A DNA stretch of 63,436 nt from Bacilli bacterium. GTDB taxonomy: Bacteria > Bacillota_I > Bacilli_A > RFN20 > CAG-826. The notes beneath the pieces are model-generated. The model was not told the DNA's origin. It made no database searches and saw nothing but the letters and a program-made list of their open reading frames with translations. Of this stretch, positions 38,319 through 47,985 are shown piece after piece. The stretch spans positions 1 to 63,436 of the forward strand of contig JAZRZI010000038.1 in assembly GCA_045601325.1 (NCBI GenBank). The letters run 5' to 3'. The position numbers were made by a program, and so were the translations under genes. The number at the start of each line of letters is the position of its first letter. Within the stretch, counting starts at the first letter, position 1.

Positions 38319-40898
38319 CTAATTAACGCCTTTAATAGCGCTAATCTTTAAAGTACCTAAAGCGTTGTTATAAACAACACCCAAGCCATTATGAGGATAG
38401 CCAGAGCCTTGACCAACCAAACTAACAGGAACAATTATATCGTTCCACCCTTGATTTAAGTTTTTGCTCACTCCAGCCCAAGATGTACCATGTATCTCTA
38501 AATGAGCACCTTCTTGAGGAGAATAAATCTTGAACGATAAGTTTGTGTAGTTGTTCATTTTGCTATTAACAGGAATCAAGAAGCTATGTTCACCAGAATC
38601 GGGATTTTCAATAACTTGAACAACACCTTCATCTTCATCGATTGCGGTTATAGAACTAAGTGGTCCATAATCCCATCCAGCAAAGTTGGTTTTTCCATCA
38701 TAAATAATGTCTGGGTCGGTGACTTCTAGTCCAAAGACAGCGCCAAATTTCCACTCACCTGCAGAGTTGTTGATAATAATGCCAACTGCGTCAATTGGAT
38801 ATGTTCCATTAAATAAGCTTACTGGCACAACAATTTCGTTCCATCCTTGTTTCAAATCTTTACTTACTCCATTCCAAATTGTGCCATGGACACCAATGTG
38901 TCCTGAATTGGTTGGGCAATACACTGTTAAAACAATATTTTCATATGCGGTGATGCCATCATATTTAGGAATAGTTAAGCTTTGTTCTCCAGTATCAGAC
39001 GCGTTTAATACTCTGAGATTACCATACACATCATCGTTAACGTTTTGTAATGCTTCGCCTGCAGTAGATAATGGGTATTCCCATTTACGTAATGTTAATG
39101 AACCATCATCGATAATATTGAACATTTCTAACGATTCGGTAGCAGCGTTATAAATTGAATAATCTAAAATAGGATCGTTTTTAATGGATTCTGGTTCATT
39201 ATCCAAATCAGAAACGGATTTTGCTAACGCCATAGCGTCGATGTATGAACTTAATAAAGTAAGCGGGGCTAAGGCATTTAGTTTTTCTTGATAAATAGCC
39301 ACACTAGCGTCGTGATTATATTCCGCTACTGCAATTTCTAATTCTTCTAACTTGCTATAGTTAGTAACAGCGAGTTTTTCGTTGTCACTTAATCCGTTAT
39401 AAAGGTTTCTCGCTTGAATGATAGCTTCTTCCTCTTCTTTCGAATGGTCTACATAAGTTAAAGCATCAATAGCGTCGCAAACAATATTTACATGGTAGTT
39501 AAAAACATTGGTTTCATATTCAATAAGTTTACTGATGTTAGTAACTAACCTCTTGCCACCTCTGCTAAGAGCGTTATATGCCGCTCTAGCAGCAACGATT
39601 GCGTTTTGTTCTTCACTAGAATATGTATTTAGTGTTAAATCTTCGATTTGTTTAATAACTTTTTCCACATTTGTTGAATCGACATATCCATAAACATTAG
39701 ATATTTTCCAAGGACTTGTAACCCTGTTTAATTCAAGAACGATATTAAAATCAGTTAAATGGTTGGCTTTTAATTGATTTAAATCAACATTAACTGTAAA
39801 CCATCCCTGTCTCACATTAGCGATAGAAAAATAGTGAACCCAGTCTAGATTCCATAGATTAATATTATCGGTTAAGCTATTAGGATTATAGAACATAAAA
39901 AACAAGTTATCATATTCACTAATATCGGTGTTATTTGCAAAGCCGAAGCAGGCATTGTGAGAAGTGTTATCGATTGTGTAAACATCACCAAAGTCATTGT
40001 CTTTTTCTGGTGCAAAAGTAGAAGTTACTTCAAATCCAAGGAATTCTTTATGATCGCTTAATGATTCCTTACTATAGTCAGTAACTTTTTTATATTGGGA
40101 CAAAGAGGCTTCTAATTGTTCAACCTTCTCTTTAGCGGTATTAGAAACATCGCCATACCATTTATCGGCTTTTATGGTTTCTATTTTTACATTGAGTTTA
40201 AGACAATCTTCAAAAGAAGATGAAACTAGACTTAACTCATCAATAACGGTTTCTAAAGCAGAAACACGTTCTTCACGATATTTATTTAACAAATTATTAA
40301 AATTATCTATTAAATCTTTTTCAATATAAGACTTATATTCATCGCTTAATGCATCTAAAGACTCTTTCACCGCTAGCAAGTCTTCTTCGCTGGATGCATC
40401 ATCTAATTCATTAAGCATACCAACCACTTCTGATATAGCTTCTAATATCATTATACGATGTGCTTGTTGTTCAAGTTTGCTCAAATTAGTCACGTATGCT
40501 TTTTGCTCTTCACTTAGTTCATCATAAGCTTCATAGACTTCGTCGATTTGATATTGTGTTGAGTCATCATTTAATTTGTCGATTAACGCAACAACTTTAG
40601 AGGCAGCAATTTTGTTTTCGTGAGTTACCAAAACATCATAGTTGGTAACTAATCTTTTTTGGACATTGATTAAGTTATCATACATCTCTCTTACTCTAGC
40701 AACTTCCTCTTCGCTAGGGTTTTCTCCAAGATTATTAATGGCTTCAATAACCTCATTAGCGCGGTTTTGGTTTATAACTTCTTGACTTTCGGTCCCTCCG
40801 TTACCACCACCACCATCTGATTTATTGCATCCGGTGATTAAAGATACAGCAAGAAAAGAAAGCATTAATTTTTTAATTAACTTATGGTTTTTGTTCAT
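38319..40898 (-). CDS. large repeat-containing lipoprotein (helical repeats + three beta-sandwich modules)
   Basis: The ORF track starts at TTG 40928. The ATG at 40896-40898 has AAGGAG 6 nt upstream. Lipobox VSLITGC-NKS. Five copies of a Y(D/N)xL...(Q/E)K.LVTN...L motif. Tandem C-terminal modules each end in QGWN(E/D)I(I/V)VPVSL. Confidence 0.7.
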   Translation of the reverse strand: MNKNHKLIKKLMLSFLAVSLITGCNKSDGGGGNGGTESQEVINQNRANEVIEAINNLGENPSEEEVARVREMYDNLINVQKRLVTNYDVLVTHENKIAASKVVALIDKLNDDSTQYQIDEVYEAYDELSEEQKAYVTNLSKLEQQAHRIMILEAISEVVGMLNELDDASSEEDLLAVKESLDALSDEYKSYIEKDLIDNFNNLLNKYREERVSALETVIDELSLVSSSFEDCLKLNVKIETIKADKWYGDVSNTAKEKVEQLEASLSQYKKVTDYSKESLSDHKEFLGFEVTSTFAPEKDNDFGDVYTIDNTSHNACFGFANNTDISEYDNLFFMFYNPNSLTDNINLWNLDWVHYFSIANVRQGWFTVNVDLNQLKANHLTDFNIVLELNRVTSPWKISNVYGYVDSTNVEKVIKQIEDLTLNTYSSEEQNAIVAARAAYNALSRGGKRLVTNISKLIEYETNVFNYHVNIVCDAIDALTYVDHSKEEEEAIIQARNLYNGLSDNEKLAVTNYSKLEELEIAVAEYNHDASVAIYQEKLNALAPLTLLSSYIDAMALAKSVSDLDNEPESIKNDPILDYSIYNAATESLEMFNIIDDGSLTLRKWEYPLSTAGEALQNVNDDVYGNLRVLNASDTGEQSLTIPKYDGITAYENIVLTVYCPTNSGHIGVHGTIWNGVSKDLKQGWNEIVVPVSLFNGTYPIDAVGIIINNSAGEWKFGAVFGLEVTDPDIIYDGKTNFAGWDYGPLSSITAIDEDEGVVQVIENPDSGEHSFLIPVNSKMNNYTNLSFKIYSPQEGAHLEIHGTSWAGVSKNLNQGWNDIIVPVSLVGQGSGYPHNGLGVVYNNALGTLKISAIKGVN

Positions 40899-41250
40899 AT
40901 TTTTCTCCTTTGGCTTGGTTAGATTCAAATATGTTGTTACTTATTTTATATTTTACCACTTAATTTAATCGTAAAAAATTATTCTAATAGTTTTTTAAAA
41001 GAAAAAGGCATCTATCCAATTGTTGATATAATTAAGTTAAATATTAACTTTTGTGTTTATAGCACGCAAAAAATATTTTGGATTTTTTATGTATAGCGTT
41101 TAAAAACAAACAAAACAAATTTATAAACCTAAACATTCAGTGTAGGAATAAATTAAGCAAGTGCAGTCGATTGAAAATTCAACTTCCTGTTCAATAATAA
41201 TCTTCATATCAAGTAAAATTATTGTTCAAATGTTTTGATTGGTTGGCCGA

Positions 41251-43644
41251 TTATACTTTAGTTGTCTTACGTTTTCTATGGATAACGTAGAAAACTAATC
41301 CAACATTAATTGTTAAAAAAATTAATACAATCACAATTGTGTTATTAGACTTGAGTATTGATGGGACTAAAGGTGAGTTGTTCGCAAAGACAATCAAGCT
41401 TGATCTTTGAGCAAAGTCTCCACCATGTTCATCTAACAAAGATTGATATTTTCCATAAATATAGTCGTATTTTTCTGAGAAGGTTTTTAGTTTTGTGTTT
41501 AGACTGGATGAGTTGTCTTGTTTGAAGAATTCCATCAAACATTCGCTAGGCGTACCATTAAGACGTCTATCAAAACTATCGTATTGATCTTCCCAAAGTT
41601 TAATTAATGATGCTTGACTTGTGCTGCCATCCGCTAAGCAATAAAATGCACAATCCTTAATAAATCCCTCGCAAAGTCCTTCTAAAACCCCCTTACCATA
41701 TTCGCTGATAATCAACGTTGATTGGTTGGCTTTTGGTGTTGCGGTATAAGTATTGAACGATGTGTCATAATAATTAAAACCGCCTGGTAATAAAGGGAAA
41801 TAGAAATCAAGGTTGCATGTGGATTTTTTAGGCATGCACTTTGGTGTTTTTAAATAGAAGAATGTCGCATTATTAAAGCAATCAACTGAATTAGTAACAT
41901 TAGTTAAATCAAAGTTAGAGAGATCTAATAAAGTTAGGCTACTACATCCCGCAAACATTTCTGAAATAGACACTAGTGACTTTAATGAAAAATCAAGAGA
42001 GTCAATTAACTTTAAGTTTGAACAGTTTTTAAACATGCGGTCCGCATAAATAACCATAGGAGTGTCGAAGTTTGCAAAATTCAAAGTCTCTAATGAGGAA
42101 CAACCTTCAAACATAGAAGCACAGCTCATATTTGATTCAGTATTTAAGTTTCCAAGTCCTTCAATAGACTCAACATTAGTTAAATCTTTAAATAAGTTGT
42201 TGCAACTTAAGATAGTAACCTCATCTTGAATAATAACTTTTGTAATGTCTTTGTATTCATCTGAGCCTAGTAAAGAGAAGATGGAGTCCACTCCTTCAAA
42301 AGGAAATTCAAATGATGTATTAAGATCAGATTTTAAAATTTCATATGTATCTTTAGAAGCAATATATCCGATGTTACTTGTGGTATTAATAGCGATATGG
42401 ACTAAGCCATCTGGAGATAACGCACCAGGGCATCTTTCTAAGAAATCACCACCATAATTTACAAATACATGACAATATGTTGAATAAAGATCTTCATAGA
42501 GAGCTAACCACTCAGAAACAACATCGTTTATCGTGCTTGTTGAACAAGTTTTTAGAATTGTAAATATTGCCTCATAATCTCTTTCGCAAAAATATTGAGA
42601 ATAATCATAAGAAGAGAGCTCGTTCCAGAGACCCCTTATTCTATCTATATCAGGAGAATCTACAAATTCTTTAAACATTCTAAGGCCAAGTTCTGAATAG
42701 CTAACAACATTTTCTTTTATGTCTTTTTCATAGTAATAAGTAATAGAGCTATTTGAAGGAACCATATATGTATAGTTATTAAGATTATAATCATAATAAA
42801 AATATGGGTCTGTGGTCTCGTAACGCAAATCAAATTTAATCGCGTTTTCATCATGTGAATATGGCTCTGGAACGTATTTCGGACCATTGATTATTTTTGG
42901 TTGTGTGCCACGGAAGAAGTCTTCTGTGAAAGGGCTTTTTGTTAACTCAAAACTTGAAATATCAAGATAATCTAAAGATGCACACCCATGAAACATGGAT
43001 CTCATGTCGCTCGCATTTCTAGTATTAAATGATGATAAATCTACAGATGTGAGATTGCCACAATTTAAAAACATTCCTTTGAAATTACCGCCATTTGAAG
43101 TATCAAAGTCTGTTAAATCTAATGTTTCAACACCACTACCATAGAACATGTAGGAAAAGTCACCACACTTAGAAACATCAAAATCAGTAAAGTCTATGGT
43201 TTTAAGACTATTGCAACCATAAAACATTTGTTCAAAGCTGCGACATTCTGGGACTTTTAAGTTTTCAATATCCACGATTTCTTCAAGATTTTCTAAACCC
43301 TTAAATAAGTATCTACAATCGTGTAACTCGACCTCATCAACAAAAAGAACCGTTTTAATATCACTTAGATAAGAATCTGCACCAGGAAATTGACCTGCTA
43401 AGAAAATTGTTTGTTCTCTTTCTTCGAGAAGTTCGATTTCAGAAAAATACGCAGTCTTCATCATGAAATCATAATATCCAGTAGATATATAACCGATTCC
43501 TTTAGAAACATCGATTGCGATATGACCCCTAGATGTATAAGCTTTTGCTTCTTTTATTGGTCCACCTTTATTAACAAGAGGAAGCGACACCATAAATAGC
43601 GAGGAAAATAATGTTAAAATTTTTAAGTTCTTAATGAATTTCAT
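41251..43644 (-). CDS. BspA/DUF285-type leucine-rich-repeat surface protein, internally duplicated, C-terminal TM anchor
   Basis: Signal peptide. Two blocks of about 26-residue repeats of the MFxGCxxLxxxDxSxFDxSxxxxxxxMF type (for example QMFYGCNSLKTIDFTDFDVSKCGDFSYMFYG and SMFEGCSSLETLNFANFDTPMVIYADRMFKNC). C-terminus is IVIVLIFLTINVGLVFYVIHRKRKTTKV. Confidence 0.75.
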   Translation of the reverse strand: MKFIKNLKILTLFSSLFMVSLPLVNKGGPIKEAKAYTSRGHIAIDVSKGIGYISTGYYDFMMKTAYFSEIELLEEREQTIFLAGQFPGADSYLSDIKTVLFVDEVELHDCRYLFKGLENLEEIVDIENLKVPECRSFEQMFYGCNSLKTIDFTDFDVSKCGDFSYMFYGSGVETLDLTDFDTSNGGNFKGMFLNCGNLTSVDLSSFNTRNASDMRSMFHGCASLDYLDISSFELTKSPFTEDFFRGTQPKIINGPKYVPEPYSHDENAIKFDLRYETTDPYFYYDYNLNNYTYMVPSNSSITYYYEKDIKENVVSYSELGLRMFKEFVDSPDIDRIRGLWNELSSYDYSQYFCERDYEAIFTILKTCSTSTINDVVSEWLALYEDLYSTYCHVFVNYGGDFLERCPGALSPDGLVHIAINTTSNIGYIASKDTYEILKSDLNTSFEFPFEGVDSIFSLLGSDEYKDITKVIIQDEVTILSCNNLFKDLTNVESIEGLGNLNTESNMSCASMFEGCSSLETLNFANFDTPMVIYADRMFKNCSNLKLIDSLDFSLKSLVSISEMFAGCSSLTLLDLSNFDLTNVTNSVDCFNNATFFYLKTPKCMPKKSTCNLDFYFPLLPGGFNYYDTSFNTYTATPKANQSTLIISEYGKGVLEGLCEGFIKDCAFYCLADGSTSQASLIKLWEDQYDSFDRRLNGTPSECLMEFFKQDNSSSLNTKLKTFSEKYDYIYGKYQSLLDEHGGDFAQRSSLIVFANNSPLVPSILKSNNTIVIVLIFLTINVGLVFYVIHRKRKTTKV

Positions 43645-43766
43645 ATAATGAATTTTACATTATTGTTAACAAAAGTCAATTTTTGTAATGTTTCAACGAA
43701 GTTAAGAAAAAACATATTTGATTATTTTTCACAAAATGATAGTATATTAAGCCCGAGAGTTAACAC

Positions 43767-44717
43767 ATGAGAAAAAACATTATTTCAAGTCTTACATTAG
43801 GATTAACAGTGGCTAGTCTAGCCACAATTTTAGTTACAAACGGAAATCAAAAGAAAATAGCGTTAAGTAACGATTGTGACCACACAGGTAACCACTATAC
43901 AGAGTTAGCAAATAGCATTTTCTTTGCGGGCACAAAGGAATATTGGGTTTGTTGCAAATGCCACAACCACTTTTTTGAAAAGCCAGAAGGAAGCTGGACC
44001 GAAAACGGTCAAGCTCCTAAGGTAACCAATAGTGATGATAGATATATAGATTCGATATTTAAAACTCACGGGGTTTCCAAAGGCGAAGTTATAGAAAACG
44101 GATATACATTTGATGGAATGCTAGATCCTACAAAACAATATGTTTGTTACAACAAGCCATTATCTTTGACTAACTTATCATTTACATTTAAATGCGATAA
44201 TTTAACCACTAATTATGAAGAGTGTGTTGGTTTCTATTTGCACACTCACGGTTCTGTAGTGCCAATAAGCAAAGCGTTTCAGCCTATAGTCTTTTCTTTA
44301 TGGAGTGGAGTTGGCTACGGGAACGAAATATTTGGTTATTTATCAAATAATGAATCATATGAAACCGAATCAATTGCATTAGGGGATTTAGAAGCAACAA
44401 AAAATGGCTTCAACACAAGTGGAGGCCCTGTTGATTATTATCGTATTAACGATTTGATTGATATTACTTTCAATTTTTCAGTTATGGATAATGGCTTTTT
44501 GAAAATAGAAATGAAGTCGAATAACATCAACTGTTTTTCCGGACATAACGCATATAACGTTAACGGCGCAGGAGACACCGTATTTACTTATGTTTCACCA
44601 TCAAGTTTGGGCAAAAAAGACCTAGCAAATACAGAATTTTATCTAAGCTTATTTGGCAAAAGATTTACGCACATAGAAAACTCTTCCACTATTACCATAA
44701 CAAACATTTCTCAATAG
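43767..44717 (+). CDS. secreted or membrane-anchored protein, unknown function
   Basis: N-terminal hydrophobic segment ISSLTLGLTVASLATILV. Cys/His cluster CDHTGNH...WVCCKCHNH, followed by a beta-rich domain. Confidence 0.5.
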   Translation: MRKNIISSLTLGLTVASLATILVTNGNQKKIALSNDCDHTGNHYTELANSIFFAGTKEYWVCCKCHNHFFEKPEGSWTENGQAPKVTNSDDRYIDSIFKTHGVSKGEVIENGYTFDGMLDPTKQYVCYNKPLSLTNLSFTFKCDNLTTNYEECVGFYLHTHGSVVPISKAFQPIVFSLWSGVGYGNEIFGYLSNNESYETESIALGDLEATKNGFNTSGGPVDYYRINDLIDITFNFSVMDNGFLKIEMKSNNINCFSGHNAYNVNGAGDTVFTYVSPSSLGKKDLANTEFYLSLFGKRFTHIENSSTITITNISQ

Positions 44718-44833
44718 AGATTTAATCTGGATTGAATTCAACATATCCGGTAGCGTCTGTATATGAACCACGAATATAAAAAATAAATTGAATCTATCAA
44801 TAAGATAAAACATTGGTTGCAATAAATGTGCTA

Positions 44834-45892
44834 TTACCCGTTATGAATTAATTCATATTTTCTAATTCTTTTTTTAATAATAATAGGTTTTACAAACCCA
44901 TTTTGAGCGAGTTCTGAGCACCAAAAAATTATTGTTCTATTTGAAACGCTAAAAACTATTGACATATCAATGGGAGTAAACGTCTTAACGTTGTTGTTTA
45001 TCAAAAAATCAAGAAACGTTTTTGCTTTCTTAGATAAGTGACTTAATCTTTCTGCTTCAGCATTGTTTGTCTCTTTTTTAGCAATTGACAACGTTTTTGA
45101 AGAATATATTGAAAAAACTCTCAAGAAATATTTAACCCATATTTCTATATGCGGTGGATTGTTTCTTCCATCATAAAACAAAACAGGCAACCCCATTTGT
45201 AAAGAGTTGTAATACTCCTCTATATCATAAGACATGTATTCTTCCAACGAACCAATGCTTTTAAAGCCATATCCAGTAAAAGCTAAATAATAACTTGATA
45301 TAATCCTAGCGGTTCTTCCATTTCCATCCTCGAATGGATGAATGGTAGCAAGTTGATAATGCAAAATTGCAGCTTTAATCAAAGGGTGATCATCAGATTC
45401 ATTTATATACACCATTAAGTCTTCAAGAAGTGGCAAAATATCAGAGTGTTCTGGAGGGATGTAAGCAGGTGTTCCATCATCGTTCCAAACCGCAAATAAA
45501 ACACCAACAGGCATCTGACCTCTAAAGCCAATTCTTTCCTTTGGTTCGCCATCACAAATCATTTTTTGTACATCCAATATCATCTCAATTGATATAGGTT
45601 CGTGACCACTTAGTTTAGATTCTAAAAACTCTAACGCTAAATAATAATTTCTTATTTCCTGTTCGGACTTTAAAAGATGTCTATTTCTTGATTCAATAAC
45701 TTCACTTGCTTGTTCAAAAGACAAAGGGTTTCCCTCAATTTTGTTAGAGGCATATGATGATCTTTTGCGGGTGTTCTTTCTAAATTTGTTTGACAAGGTT
45801 AAAGGGATGTCAATTCTATTCAAAGAATCTTTGTTTTTTTCAATCTCCAAAATATAGTTCAAAATTTCACTATCTATTAAGGCTTTTACCAT
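44834..45892 (-). CDS. Fic family protein (AMPylase-type) with N-terminal inhibitory helix and C-terminal wHTH-like tail
   Basis: Canonical motif HPFEDGNGRTARI. Inhibitory motif [S/T]xxxE[G/N] present as SNKIEGN. The ORF track starts at GTG 45928; the ATG at 45890-45892 has AGGA upstream. Confidence 0.85.
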   Translation of the reverse strand: MVKALIDSEILNYILEIEKNKDSLNRIDIPLTLSNKFRKNTRKRSSYASNKIEGNPLSFEQASEVIESRNRHLLKSEQEIRNYYLALEFLESKLSGHEPISIEMILDVQKMICDGEPKERIGFRGQMPVGVLFAVWNDDGTPAYIPPEHSDILPLLEDLMVYINESDDHPLIKAAILHYQLATIHPFEDGNGRTARIISSYYLAFTGYGFKSIGSLEEYMSYDIEEYYNSLQMGLPVLFYDGRNNPPHIEIWVKYFLRVFSIYSSKTLSIAKKETNNAEAERLSHLSKKAKTFLDFLINNNVKTFTPIDMSIVFSVSNRTIIFWCSELAQNGFVKPIIIKKRIRKYELIHNG

Positions 45893-45963
45893 AACTTTTT
45901 TTCCTATAATAAGTATAGCAAAATTCACTATTTTTTCACTATTTTGTTTAGCAAAATCACTAA

Positions 45964-47976
45964 TTATTTAACAATTAATGTCATCGTGGACATGTATTTT
46001 AAAGGTAAATTAATGGTTATTTCTCCACTGTTTTTGGTGAATTTCACTTTTGATATCACGCTATCTCTATTAATAACTTCAATTGAATTGATATCAAATC
46101 CATTAACGTAGAAAACTGTTTTATCATAGTTATCCACTGTCGCATTTACTAAGACGATAATCTTTCTATCATCTTGTTGGTATAAATAAGGATAAATACC
46201 TTGATGGTTTGATTTAATAAACTCACCTTTATAGCGTTTAGAAGCTTCTAATAGTTGATGGATGCGAAGGACACTATATTGTTCAAATGGTAATCCCTTA
46301 CAAACTATAGGAAGCACAAAGAAATTACTTCCTTCTACAACCCCCGCTCCAACACGTGTTGTGTCATATCTACAAACATAAGACTTAATGTCAACAAGAT
46401 TCTCGTCATAATGAATAGAAACATAGTCACCAGATGCTTTTTCCATGCATGTGTGATAATTGTGCATACCTTTATAAGGTTCAACTTGAGTCTCAACAGA
46501 CACCACTCCAGTGTTAGCAAGAATGTATTCATAACTATGCGCGGAAATAAGAGAACCTAAGCCTCTATCAATTAACTCTTTCGCGGCCCATCCATCTAAA
46601 ACAATGAAATTATCTGATTTAAATAATTCTTTAATTTCGTCATTGCTAAAATTATTGATGCTTTGTCCCGCTAACATAACTGTTTTATTGGAAAAGCTTT
46701 TATCTTTACTCAAAGAGTAAGAATATCCATGGTCACTAAAATAACTAATCGCGTCAAAATCATCAGGTAATAATGACATAAACTCGTCTTTATTAGTCTT
46801 TCTATTTTTCATAGTCATTTCATCTATTGGGAAAACTAAGCCTCTTAATTGACTTGGTTTTAAACCTAATGATTTAACTGTATTTAAGTAAGGGGTAATT
46901 TCTTTTAAAGCTGGCCCATAGCCTATTTCTTCTTGGCAGCCATTACCGCAGAATTCAAACATACTATATGTCATACCCGCTAAGCCAAGAGGGATTGCGG
47001 ATTCGACTTCAAAGGCCACCATTCGAGGTGACTTTACGAATTCGGAAAAACATCCGTTTTCCATTTCCGGATAAACAAGGGTATCATCCCCTATAAATGC
47101 CCTTACAACCATTGGGTTACGATTGAAGTTATGGTAATAGGTTTTACTACCACATTCGTCATACATAGGGAGGTGAATTCTATCGATTGTAATTCCATCA
47201 CTTGATAAATCATTTAATAATTTATTCCAGTGTCTACCTTCCATCGCGTGCATTTCGGGTGTAGAACTCATTAAACCAACACTTGTTTCAACGTTTAATG
47301 ACTTAATGGTTTTTGATATTTCTTTAGCGAGGTTGTCCATTGTTTCAAAAGACACTTCCATCCAAGCATCTCTTTCTTTAGATGGACCTTGTGTTAACGC
47401 TTTGACAAAATCTTCTCTAGATATATCTCTTCCAAGTTTCTTAGAGTATTCCTTCATGTGAAGGTCACAGAAACAACCGCCCCACTCTAATGGTTCGTGA
47501 TTGTGTAATCTAAAATCATCTTCAATCCATAAAACCACAGGTTCTATTTCTTTTACATAGTAAGACATTAAATCAATATAGTATTTTCGCCACTCAGAAT
47601 CTAGTGGACAAGCAACTAATTCACACGCTTTGCCATTTTTATCCACCATGTTGGTGAAGTTTTGTCCAGCTTGTAACTTTCTTCCTCTATCTAAGTGTCC
47701 TATTTCAATCCATGGATTTAATGATACTGTGATACCAACTTCATTAAGTTGCTTTTTAGCGTCCTTCATCACATCAATCCAAGGTTTTAATTGGGTTTTA
47801 GTAATGTGACCAACATTAAAAGCTTCTGCGTTGAACATTAAGATTACGTTCTTAAAGCCACACTCCAAGCAGAATTTAATAATGCTATCGATTCTTTCCT
47901 GATAGAATTCATCAGGATAGATTTGGGTTCTCAAACAATGTGAGAAATCATTATCTGTAATCAATTTTTTATTCAT
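45964..47976 (-). CDS. cytoplasmic glycoside-hydrolase-like protein, family not assigned
   Basis: 670 aa, no signal peptide. The N-terminal region has a TIM-barrel-like pattern (VILMFNAEAF, NPWIEIGHLDRG, VLWIEDDFRLHNH). It is the last gene of the importer operon. Confidence 0.45.
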   Translation of the reverse strand: MNKKLITDNDFSHCLRTQIYPDEFYQERIDSIIKFCLECGFKNVILMFNAEAFNVGHITKTQLKPWIDVMKDAKKQLNEVGITVSLNPWIEIGHLDRGRKLQAGQNFTNMVDKNGKACELVACPLDSEWRKYYIDLMSYYVKEIEPVVLWIEDDFRLHNHEPLEWGGCFCDLHMKEYSKKLGRDISREDFVKALTQGPSKERDAWMEVSFETMDNLAKEISKTIKSLNVETSVGLMSSTPEMHAMEGRHWNKLLNDLSSDGITIDRIHLPMYDECGSKTYYHNFNRNPMVVRAFIGDDTLVYPEMENGCFSEFVKSPRMVAFEVESAIPLGLAGMTYSMFEFCGNGCQEEIGYGPALKEITPYLNTVKSLGLKPSQLRGLVFPIDEMTMKNRKTNKDEFMSLLPDDFDAISYFSDHGYSYSLSKDKSFSNKTVMLAGQSINNFSNDEIKELFKSDNFIVLDGWAAKELIDRGLGSLISAHSYEYILANTGVVSVETQVEPYKGMHNYHTCMEKASGDYVSIHYDENLVDIKSYVCRYDTTRVGAGVVEGSNFFVLPIVCKGLPFEQYSVLRIHQLLEASKRYKGEFIKSNHQGIYPYLYQQDDRKIIVLVNATVDNYDKTVFYVNGFDINSIEVINRDSVISKVKFTKNSGEITINLPLKYMSTMTLIVK

Positions 47977-47985
47977 AGTTAATAC

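Noticed and set aside
44718-44833. A convergent terminator between 43767..44717 and the Fic gene (CTGGAT...ATCCGG, 6 bp with a G-U pair and a 12-nt loop).
   Set aside because: The stem is too weak, the loop too large, and there is no U-run.
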